Assembly (NCBI GenBank): GCA_017937125.1
Contig: JAGBEH010000005.1
Location: 34,837-98,836 of the forward strand
Source: Alistipes sp.
Lineage (GTDB): Bacteria; Bacteroidota; Bacteroidia; Bacteroidales; Rikenellaceae
Length of the DNA stretch: 64,000 nucleotides
Reading direction: 5' to 3'
Positions 17,101 through 25,280 of the stretch are shown one piece after another. Every line of letters starts with the position of its first letter. Positions within the stretch are counted from its first letter, which is position 1. The translations under genes were made by a program, and so were the position numbers. The notes below the pieces were generated by a model. That model was not told the origin of the DNA and did no database searches. It saw only the letters and a list, made by a program, of their open reading frames with translations.

Positions 17101-18204
17101 ATGAAGCTGAGATTTCCGGGATTCAAGATTCTCGACCGCTATATACTCGGTAAGTTTCTGGGGACTTACCTCTTCGCCATAGCGATGATAATCATCGTCG
17201 TCGTTATCTTCGACTATGTGGAGAAGATCGACGACTTCACCGAGCTGCACGCCCCGTTGTCGGCCGTGATCTTCGATTATTATCTCAATTTCATCCCCTT
17301 CTTCATCAACCAGTTCAGCGGTCTGTTCACGTTCATAGCCTGCATATTCTTCACCTCGAAAATGGCCTATCAGACCGAAATCGTGGCGATGCTGTCGGGC
17401 GGTATGAGCTTCCGTCGGCTGATGTGGCCCTATTTCCTCGGCGCGACGATAATTTCGGGTCTCGCGCTTGTGCTGAACCTGTGGGTGATACCCGTGTCGC
17501 AGCGCGACTGCGTGGAGTTCGAGAACAAATACATCAAGCGCCGCCAGAGATACCAGTACGACAACCACATCTATCGCCAGATAGAGGAGGGGCGCTTCGC
17601 GTATATCCGCAACTATTCGGCGACCTCGAAGCAGGCGTCGTTCTTCGCGCTGGAGCAGTACCGCGACGGTACTGTAGTGTCGGTCCTCGAAGCGTCCGAA
17701 GCCAAGTTCGATGCCGAGACCAGACGTTGGACGGCACCGCGCTATACGGTGCGTACGTTCGATTCGCTGCGCCGCGAGACCTTTACGCAGTATCGCAATC
17801 TCGATACGCTGATAAACCTCGACGTGGCCGAGATGGGACGCATAAACGAACTCATAAAGACGATGCAGATAGGCGAGCTGACCGAATTCCTCGACCAGCA
17901 GCGCGCCAAAGGCTCGGACTCGATACGCATAATCGAGGTGGAGCACCATTCGCGCTATGCCTACCCGTTGTCGGCCTTCGTGCTGACGCTCATAGGCGTG
18001 TCGCTTTCGTCGCGCAAGGTGCGCGGCGGTACGGGGCTGCACATAGGCGTCGGAATCGCGCTGTGCTTCTCGTACATACTTTTCAACCGCTTCTTCGAGG
18101 AGTTCGCCAAGAGCGGGACCCTCGATCCGGGGCTGGCCGTATGGCTGCCCAACATCCTCTATCTCGGAATAGGTATTTATCTGTATATCAAGGCTCCGAA
18201 ATAG
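17101..18204 (+). CDS. LptF/LptG (YjgP/YjgQ) LPS export permease
   Basis: ILDRYILGKFL, EIVAMLSGGMSFRRL and LAVWLPNILY; six-TM pattern. Confidence 0.92.
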   Translation: MKLRFPGFKILDRYILGKFLGTYLFAIAMIIIVVVIFDYVEKIDDFTELHAPLSAVIFDYYLNFIPFFINQFSGLFTFIACIFFTSKMAYQTEIVAMLSGGMSFRRLMWPYFLGATIISGLALVLNLWVIPVSQRDCVEFENKYIKRRQRYQYDNHIYRQIEEGRFAYIRNYSATSKQASFFALEQYRDGTVVSVLEASEAKFDAETRRWTAPRYTVRTFDSLRRETFTQYRNLDTLINLDVAEMGRINELIKTMQIGELTEFLDQQRAKGSDSIRIIEVEHHSRYAYPLSAFVLTLIGVSLSSRKVRGGTGLHIGVGIALCFSYILFNRFFEEFAKSGTLDPGLAVWLPNILYLGIGIYLYIKAPK

Positions 18205-18248
18205 CGGTGGGCGTACGGGGAATTTAATGACAAAACGGAAAAGAGTAT

Positions 18249-19211
18249 ATGAAAAAGTATTGGCTCAAACTTAAGGAGTATCCCTTGCTTTACAATGCCG
18301 TGCTGATCGTCGTATCGCTGTCGGCGCTGGCTCTTGCCGCGACGGCCGTTATGCACGTGGGAACGCGCCACGGCTCGCATCGCACCGTGCCCGATTTTAC
18401 GGGTACGAGACTGGCGGAGGCACAGCGGGAAGCGGGACGCAGCGGACTGGAGATAATAGTGAACGACTCGCTGTTCGTGCCCGTTTACGAAGGCGGCATC
18501 ATCCTCGACCAGCTGCCCGACGGCGGCACGGAGGTGAAGGCGGGACGCAAGGTCTATGTGACGATAAACTCCTATCGTCAGAAGATGGTGCGCGTGCCGT
18601 ACGTCGCGGGACGTTCGCTGCGGCAGGCGAAGAATATGCTCGAGACCGCGGGGCTCGAGATCGCCGAGTTGAGGTATGTCGATGACATAGCGACCAACTA
18701 TGTGCTCGGGGAGTTCTGCGACGGAGTGGAGATACTGCCCGAAAGCACTATGGAGGCCGAAATGGGCTCGGGCATTACGCTGAACGTGGGCGTGCAGGGC
18801 GGTTACGGTCTGGCGGCGGCGCCCAAATTGATAGGGCTTTCGCTCGCTCGCGCCAAGAGCCGCATATGGGAGATGGGGCTGAATGTGGGGCGCATAACCT
18901 ATGATGCGGATGTGGACCTGCTTTCGCGCAAGGATGCGCGCGTATATTTGCAGTCGGTGAGACAGGGGCACAATGCCGTGCTCGGCACTGCCGTCGATCT
19001 GAAACTTACGCTCGATTTCGAGAAGGCGGAGCGTCTCGGCGCCGCATCGGATGAAGAGGCTCGGGCGCTGCTCGAGGCGCGTGTGGCGCGTGAGCGCGAG
19101 GAGGACTCGTTGAGACTTGCCGAGCCTGCGGAGGAGAATGCTTTACGGAACGGAGACGCATCGTCCGCAGGGGCGGGAGGCGTTTCGCAGGATGACGATT
19201 TCTTTCAATGA
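18249..19211 (+). CDS. PASTA-domain membrane protein
   Basis: Single TM followed by repeated VPDFTG, VPYVAG and APKLIG PASTA starts. Confidence 0.88.
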   Translation: MKKYWLKLKEYPLLYNAVLIVVSLSALALAATAVMHVGTRHGSHRTVPDFTGTRLAEAQREAGRSGLEIIVNDSLFVPVYEGGIILDQLPDGGTEVKAGRKVYVTINSYRQKMVRVPYVAGRSLRQAKNMLETAGLEIAELRYVDDIATNYVLGEFCDGVEILPESTMEAEMGSGITLNVGVQGGYGLAAAPKLIGLSLARAKSRIWEMGLNVGRITYDADVDLLSRKDARVYLQSVRQGHNAVLGTAVDLKLTLDFEKAERLGAASDEEARALLEARVAREREEDSLRLAEPAEENALRNGDASSAGAGGVSQDDDFFQ

Positions 19212-20374
19212 CGGAGAACGGAAACATAAAGCGCGAAGGGCATAGCGGGTACGGGGAAACCGCAGAGGAAGTCGCAGCCGCGGCTTCCGTCGGTGCCGTT
19301 GCCGCTTGCGACGATGCTGCGGATGATGCCGACGACGAATTGTCGGACGACGCGATGTACGAACACTTCTCGATAGTGGCCGACAAGGGACAGGCTATGC
19401 TTCGTCTGGACAAGTACCTCACCTGTCGAATGGAGAAGTGCTCGCGCAGCCGCATACAGGCGGCGGCCGACAGCGGGAATATTCTCGTGAACGGCGTGCC
19501 CGTAAAGTCGAGCTACAAAGTCAAGCCGCTCGACCGCATATCGATAGTGATGCCCTATCCGAAGCGCGAGATAGAGATAATACCCGAAGATATTCCGTTA
19601 GACATCCTCTACGAGGACGACGACGTATTGGTAGTGAACAAAGCTGCGGGGATGGTCGTACACCCGGGGCACGGGAATTACAGCGGCACGCTGGTGAATG
19701 CTTTGACCTATCACCTGCGCGAGCTGCCGCTGTTCCGCGAGGGCGATATGCGTGCGGGGCTGGTGCACCGCATCGACAAGAACACGTCGGGCATTCTGGT
19801 CGTCGCCAAGAACGAACGGGCTAATGCCGTGCTGGCCAAACAGTTTTTCGACCATACGACCGAACGGCGTTACGTAGCTTTGGTGTGGGGCAATTTCGCC
19901 GAGGACGAGGGCACGATAGTCGGCAATATAGGCCGCAGCCCCAAAGACAGGCTTCAAATGTATGTCTTCGCCGACGGCTCGGACGGCAAGCACGCCGTGA
20001 CGCACTACAAGGTTCTGCGCCGCTACGGTTACGTGACGCTTATCGAATGCCGTCTCGAAACGGGACGCACGCATCAGATACGCGTGCATATGCAGTGGCA
20101 GGGACATCCGCTCTTCAACGACGAGCGCTACGGCGGCGACCGCATTCTGAAAGGTACGACTTTTTCGAAATACAAACAGTTCGTCGAGAACTGTTTCGCG
20201 CTGATGCCGCGCCACGCGCTGCACGCCCGAACGCTCGGCTTCACCCATCCGACTACGGGCGAGCGTATGTCGTTTTCCACGCCGCTGCCCGACGATTTCC
20301 GCGCCGTGCTCGAAAAGTGGGAGACGTACTCGAAATTCGCGGGCGGCGACGACGGCGAACTGCCCGAAATGTAG
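19208..20374 (+). CDS. rluD: RluA/RluD-family 23S rRNA pseudouridine synthase with S4 domain
   Basis: RLDKYL, VVNKAAGMVVHPG, catalytic HRIDKNTSG, LETGRTHQIRVH and ALHARTLGF. Confidence 0.93.
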   Translation: MTENGNIKREGHSGYGETAEEVAAAASVGAVAACDDAADDADDELSDDAMYEHFSIVADKGQAMLRLDKYLTCRMEKCSRSRIQAAADSGNILVNGVPVKSSYKVKPLDRISIVMPYPKREIEIIPEDIPLDILYEDDDVLVVNKAAGMVVHPGHGNYSGTLVNALTYHLRELPLFREGDMRAGLVHRIDKNTSGILVVAKNERANAVLAKQFFDHTTERRYVALVWGNFAEDEGTIVGNIGRSPKDRLQMYVFADGSDGKHAVTHYKVLRRYGYVTLIECRLETGRTHQIRVHMQWQGHPLFNDERYGGDRILKGTTFSKYKQFVENCFALMPRHALHARTLGFTHPTTGERMSFSTPLPDDFRAVLEKWETYSKFAGGDDGELPEM

Positions 20375-20387
20375 TACGTATTGACTA

Positions 20388-20410
20388 AAAAAGGGAGACA
20401 TAGTCTCCCT
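20388..20410. terminator. Hairpin between convergent rluD and the sigma/small-ORF unit
   Basis: AAAAAA-GGGAGAC-ATA-GTCTCCC; the A-run gives a U-tract for minus-strand transcripts. Confidence 0.65.
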
Positions 20411-20435
20411 TCCCCTTAAAAATTAACCCTAATTG

Positions 20436-20564
20436 CTAACTCCGAAGAATCTCTGCGAGATAGCTGTCCAAATACAGCAATTCGTGATCGCCGCAAATGA
20501 CCTCCCGCATCAACAACTCCTCATCGCTAACAGATCGTAATGCATAATCGTCACTTTTTTCCAT
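20436..20564 (-). CDS. Small 42-aa ORF (MEKSDDYALRSVSDEELLMREVICGDHELLYLDSYLAEILRS), below the ORF-track cutoff
   Basis: Manually translated ATG...TAG between the ECF sigma stop and the terminator. Confidence 0.5.
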   Translation of the reverse strand: MEKSDDYALRSVSDEELLMREVICGDHELLYLDSYLAEILRS

Positions 20565-20625
20565 AGGCAGCCGTTGTTGTTTATATCTCCATAACGACCG
20601 CCCCGTCGGGTTTATTGTGCACCTT

Positions 20626-21210
20626 CTAACATAAAGTCAGATTCTTTTCCCTGATCATCTTCCGCAGATTGATCAACGCGTATCGCATCCGACCCAATGC
20701 GGTGTTGATGCTTACGCCCGTCTGCTCGGCTATCTCCTTGAAACTCAATCCTGCGTAGTATCTCATAGTAACTACTTCACGCTGTTCTTCGGGTAAGAAC
20801 CCTACCAGTTTGCGGATGTCGTTTTCGATTTGCGCCGAGACCATTTCGTCTTCGACCGTCCTTTCTGCGAAGCGCAATGTTCCGAGAACGTCGTATCCGG
20901 CCTCCGACTCGTTCACCTGCTTGCTTTGCTTGCGAGCCCTGAAATGGTCTATGACCTGATTGTGGGCTATGCGCAGAATCCACGAGAGGAATTTGCCGTT
21001 GTCCGAATATCGTCCGTCGTCGATTACGCGGACCGCTTTTATGAAGGTCTCCTGAAATATATCATCTGCAACGTCGTTGTCTTTTACCATCATTCGGATA
21101 TAATCGCGAACTCGGCGGCTGTGACGTTCGATGAGTTGGGAAATAGCGCTTCGGTTACCCGCAAGATAACTGTTAAGCAATACCTGGTCACTCAATACCT
21201 GAACGTTCAT
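20626..21210 (-). CDS. ECF sigma factor (conserved Bacteroidota type)
   Basis: DDIFQETFIKAV, FLSWILRIAHN and LSFKEIAEQTGVSINTALGRMRYALINLRK. Confidence 0.94.
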   Translation of the reverse strand: MNVQVLSDQVLLNSYLAGNRSAISQLIERHSRRVRDYIRMMVKDNDVADDIFQETFIKAVRVIDDGRYSDNGKFLSWILRIAHNQVIDHFRARKQSKQVNESEAGYDVLGTLRFAERTVEDEMVSAQIENDIRKLVGFLPEEQREVVTMRYYAGLSFKEIAEQTGVSINTALGRMRYALINLRKMIREKNLTLC

Positions 21211-21475
21211 ACTCTTCTCCTTTCAATAAAATGTTAAAGAGTAGAAATTCTTTCGATAGGCAAACCGTTGTTAAGCGTTAATAAATTAAAGTTTTCGAAC
21301 GCAAGATACGAACACTTTTCAAAATATCCAAATTGCTGCGCATCGGCATTCGACGGAAAATACAGCAAATTCCGTGCCGAAATGCGGTATGACCGCGATT
21401 TTTTCAGCCATCGGCTGTCGGGCGGCGGCGGTCAATCGCCGTTAATGTCGGGTGAAACGACGCCCGACGGTGCTG

Positions 21476-23170
21476 CTATCGTCGGAAAAAATAGGATTTC
21501 TGCCGTTTCTTGTCCTCCTGGTTGCGCGCGACGTAAAGCCGTTCGCCCGTGTAGGGGTTTTCACCAGTCCAGAACATTACGGACGAGAGCGTCATAGGCG
21601 TGGGCGTCAGGTCCTGCACCTGCTCCAGATTGAAATGCAGCCGCCCGAGAACCTTTTGCGACAGTGCGCGCATATCCTGCTCGGTGCAGCCGGGATGCGA
21701 CGATATGAAGTAGGGTATCAGCTGAAAATTCAGACCCTCGCGGCGGCATATCTCGCGAAAGCGCCCGTTCAGCCGCTCGAACATCGCGAACGGCGGCTTG
21801 CGCATCAACATCAGCACCTTGTCTTCGGTATGTTCGGGGGCGACCTTCAGACGTCCCGACGTGTGGTGCCTGACGACGGTCTCGAAATAGGGGCTGTCGT
21901 CGAACAGGTCGTAGCGTATGCCGCTGCCGATACAGGCTTTTTTCACACCTTTCACGGCTCGTATCTTCTCGTAGAGCGCCAGCAGGGGACGGTGGTCGTT
22001 GTTGAGGTTGGGGCATATCTTCGGATGCAGGCACGACGGGCGGCGGCATTTGGCGCATATCGAGCGGTCGCGGCCGCCCATTCGGTACATATTGGCCGAC
22101 GGGGCGCCGATGTCGGATATGTGGCCGCGAAAATCGGGCATTTTCGTGATGGCCTCCACTTCGCGCAGTATGGATTCTTCGCTGCGCGAATTTATGAATT
22201 TGCCCTGATGCGCCGAAATCGTGCAGAAAGAGCAGCCGCCGAAGCATCCGCGGTGGATATTGACCGAGAATTTTATCATCTCCCACGCGGGAATGTCGCC
22301 CTTGCCGCGATAGCGCGGATGCGGGGCGCGCTCGTACGGCAGGTCGAACGAGCGGTCGAGCTCTTCGGTCGTGAGGGTCGTGTTGGCGGGATTTATTACG
22401 ACGCAGCGGTCGCCCGTACGTTCGACGAGCACCGCCGCAGGGTCGAGCAGGTTGCTCTGCGTCTCTTCGACGACGAAATTCTCGCCGAATGCCTTTTTGC
22501 TCTTCAGGCATTCCTCGTAAGAGTGGAGTTCGATCTTGTTTTCGAGTCGCGCGACGTAATCGTCATCGGCGATGAACCCTACCTGCTTTATCTTGCGCAG
22601 CAGTTTGGCATTGAACCCGTTGCGCATAGCCTTGGCCACCTGCTGCACTACGCGCTCGCCCATACCGTATATCAGCAGGTCGGCGCCGCTGTCGATGAGT
22701 ATCGACGGATGCAGCGAATCGCTCCAGTAGTCGTAGTGCGTAAGGCGGCGCAGCGAAGCCTCGATGCCGCCGATGACTACGGGCGTGTGGGGATAAAGAC
22801 GTTTGAGTATGCGCGTGTAGACCGTTACGGCGCGGTCGGGACGGAATCCCGCCTTGCCGCCCGCCGTGTAGGCGTCGTTGCTGCGCAGGCGCAGGTTGGC
22901 CGTATAGTGATTGACCATAGAGTCCATAGCCCCTGCGGTGACGCCGAAAAAGAGCCGCGGCGCCCCTAATTTGGTGAAGTCGCGCAGATCGTCGCGCCAG
23001 TTGGGCTGCGGCACTATGGCCACGCGCAACCCCTCGGCTTCGAGCAGACGGCCTATGACGGCGGCACCGAACGACGGATGGTCGATATAGGCGTCGCCCG
23101 TGAACAGTATGACGTCGAGGTAGTCCCAGCCTAAGGCCCTGACCTCTTTTGCCGTTGTCGGGAGAAACAA
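21476..23170 (-). CDS. ygiQ: YgiQ (UPF0313) family radical SAM protein
   Basis: GDAYIDHPSFG, HRGCFGGCSFC (CxxxCxxC) and EQVQDLTPTPMT; TTG start because no in-frame ATG lies upstream. Confidence 0.93.
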   Translation of the reverse strand: MFLPTTAKEVRALGWDYLDVILFTGDAYIDHPSFGAAVIGRLLEAEGLRVAIVPQPNWRDDLRDFTKLGAPRLFFGVTAGAMDSMVNHYTANLRLRSNDAYTAGGKAGFRPDRAVTVYTRILKRLYPHTPVVIGGIEASLRRLTHYDYWSDSLHPSILIDSGADLLIYGMGERVVQQVAKAMRNGFNAKLLRKIKQVGFIADDDYVARLENKIELHSYEECLKSKKAFGENFVVEETQSNLLDPAAVLVERTGDRCVVINPANTTLTTEELDRSFDLPYERAPHPRYRGKGDIPAWEMIKFSVNIHRGCFGGCSFCTISAHQGKFINSRSEESILREVEAITKMPDFRGHISDIGAPSANMYRMGGRDRSICAKCRRPSCLHPKICPNLNNDHRPLLALYEKIRAVKGVKKACIGSGIRYDLFDDSPYFETVVRHHTSGRLKVAPEHTEDKVLMLMRKPPFAMFERLNGRFREICRREGLNFQLIPYFISSHPGCTEQDMRALSQKVLGRLHFNLEQVQDLTPTPMTLSSVMFWTGENPYTGERLYVARNQEDKKRQKSYFFRR

Positions 23171-23242
23171 GTTCGTTCGGGTTTTATCGCGGCGCGGGGG
23201 CGGCCTCAGGGGCAGCCCCCGTCGCGAATGTTCGTTGTCGTG

Positions 23243-24157
23243 TTATCTTATAGCAATTTCGGCATTGCCGATAAGATAGCCGCCGCTGTACAGTTGTATC
23301 AGATAGGTTCCGGCCGTGAATCCGCTGCCGTTGTAGAAGACGCTCACGTCGAGGTCTTCGTTCTGGTACTCCACTTCACGCGATGCCGAATAGTTCAGCC
23401 TGCCTCCCTCGAACTCGAATGTCGGAGTGGCTTCGGTCGTGAGGACGTAACCGTCGGGAGCCGTTATGCGGACATAGACTTCGCGATTGCCCGCTTCCGC
23501 CAGTTCGTTGGCCGAGAGGGTGAAGTCCACGCGTAGCGTCGATGCCGTACGTACGCGGGAGACTATTTTGCCTTTCTGGTTCAAGGCCGCCATCGCGATG
23601 TCCCGAGCGCGGACCACGGATCCCTGCTGAACCTTGTTGTGCAGCTCGGTGGCCTTTTCTTCGGCTATCTCGGCACGCAGGTTGGCCGACGAAATCTCCT
23701 TGCGATAGGAAATATTCTCGTCGATGAGCTTCTTGTTGAGGTTGTTCAGCGAGTCGATCTGGCGCAGGTAGGTCTTCATCACCGTGCGCAGCGTGCCGAC
23801 CTCCTTCTCGTACTCCTTGATTTTGGCGTAGTTCCAGCGGCGCTCGCGCTTGAGCTGCTCCATAACCTCGTTAGCCTCCACGAGACGGGCGGCTATCGTG
23901 TCGTTCTGGTATTGAAGCCCGTCGTATTCGTCTATCAGGCGGCTGAGATTGTTCTGAATCGAGTCGCGGTCGATTTTGAGAAACTCGTAGTCGCGCTGCT
24001 GCTGGCGATTTATGTTGTAGTAGAGCACCGACAGCGCCGCGAGTATCACGGCGAGTATTACGATTACGATCTTGTAACCGCGCAGCGACTTTCTGACATC
24101 TGTCTCTCCGTACATATCCTCCTCTTCGGGGGCATAGCGTTTTTCGTTCTCTTCCAT
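23243..24157 (-). CDS. Hypothetical single-TM coiled-coil protein with C-terminal Ig-like beta domain
   Basis: TM (IVIVILAVILAALSVLYY), a long heptad-rich helix, then a beta-rich tail. Confidence 0.85.
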   Translation of the reverse strand: MEENEKRYAPEEEDMYGETDVRKSLRGYKIVIVILAVILAALSVLYYNINRQQQRDYEFLKIDRDSIQNNLSRLIDEYDGLQYQNDTIAARLVEANEVMEQLKRERRWNYAKIKEYEKEVGTLRTVMKTYLRQIDSLNNLNKKLIDENISYRKEISSANLRAEIAEEKATELHNKVQQGSVVRARDIAMAALNQKGKIVSRVRTASTLRVDFTLSANELAEAGNREVYVRITAPDGYVLTTEATPTFEFEGGRLNYSASREVEYQNEDLDVSVFYNGSGFTAGTYLIQLYSGGYLIGNAEIAIR

Positions 24158-24235
24158 AAGCGTTCGTTTGAAGCGTTATACTTTCGACAAATATAGTTTT
24201 TTATTGGCAATTATATACATTTTACACTAACTTTC

Positions 24236-24384
24236 TTCCCAAGCCCTGTTTCCCTTGCGAGTTCCACCGAAAGCCACTCCCTGAGGGAGGGGTTTACGGC
24301 GCAAGCGCCGTTTCTGCTGTGGCGGCTCGGCAATTCGCGAGCGATTGCCCTCGCCTGCTGCCGCAGTTGGGGGTGGGGTCGGAA
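24236..24384. other. Multi-hairpin intergenic element (candidate ncRNA)
   Basis: Several nested stems, detailed in the findings; no match to an RNA family I recognise. Confidence 0.3.
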
Positions 24385-24480
24385 TTGTAAACGCGGCTCT
24401 GCCGCGAGCAACACGACCGTCGAAAAAGAAAACGGGATATTAAAATCGATTCGGTGTAAAGTCGTATATAGTTACCTTTT

Positions 24481-25275
24481 TTATTTGACAAAACAATCGG
24501 GCGGATATTTCAATCCCGAATAATTCGATATGTATGCACAAATGCTGCCGACACGTATCGGAGACTCCAAATATACGGGAATTTTGTTGCGGTCGTCGCT
24601 TATCCATACCGTAAATTCCGTGCCGTCGGTGAATGAAAACCCGTCGGAGGTGCCTATCTGGCACTTGAATTTCAGCGTCCGGCACTTGCCTTTCTTGGGT
24701 ATTTTCTTCACTTCGCGGCCTATGAATCTGAAGTCGAGCGTGCGTACGGTGTCGTCGAGAACCATCTCCAGACGGTGCGTTTCGCCTTCGCGGAACGAGT
24801 CGGCATCCTCGCCGCGCAGGTTGAAGTAGAGCGACACCGCATCCATACTCTTGTCCGTTATCGTCATCGTTTTGGTCCGCGGCGTGTTCTGTTTCTTGCG
24901 CCACCACGTATGCACCTTCAGACTGTCCCAGTCGTACTTGTAGACGTTGCGGAACGTATAGCGCCCCTCCGTTATGTCTCCCTCGAAACGCAGCGACCGC
25001 AATGTTACGGGATCGACCCATACGTAGTAGCTGTCGTCGATGTTGAAGAACCAGCGGTACGACGGCATCGTGCGGCCGTGCCCCCATACCTTGTAGCAGC
25101 GGCGGCCGTCGAGCGTATCTTCGACGGTGGTTACGTCTACCGTAGCTACCTCCGTGTTGGGGAAGAGCTTGGCCTTGTAGCTTACGCGGTAATGGAGCGA
25201 CTCTCCCGAGTGGTAGAGCTGTGCCGAAACCGCAGTCGCGAACAGTGTGGAAAGTATTGTAATGAGATATTTCAT
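24481..25275 (-). CDS. DUF3108-family secreted beta-sheet protein
   Basis: Signal MKYLITILSTLFATAVSA, GESLHYRVSY, and C-terminal VWISDDRNKIPVYLESPIRVGS. Confidence 0.8.
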   Translation of the reverse strand: MKYLITILSTLFATAVSAQLYHSGESLHYRVSYKAKLFPNTEVATVDVTTVEDTLDGRRCYKVWGHGRTMPSYRWFFNIDDSYYVWVDPVTLRSLRFEGDITEGRYTFRNVYKYDWDSLKVHTWWRKKQNTPRTKTMTITDKSMDAVSLYFNLRGEDADSFREGETHRLEMVLDDTVRTLDFRFIGREVKKIPKKGKCRTLKFKCQIGTSDGFSFTDGTEFTVWISDDRNKIPVYLESPIRVGSICAYISNYSGLKYPPDCFVK

Positions 25276-25280
25276 AATGT

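Noticed and set aside
23171-23242. Frameshift or pseudogene at the YgiQ 5' end (no ATG; GC-rich hairpin upstream)
   Set aside because: The conserved FLPTT N-terminus follows a usable TTG and the rest of the gene is intact.
24236-24384. 6S RNA, RNase P RNA, SRP RNA or cobalamin riboswitch
   Set aside because: Signature sequences (GAGGAAAGUCC, the SRP GGAA/AGCAG loop, a complete B12 box) and the usual zapA-rny context are absent. It is kept only as an unassigned candidate.
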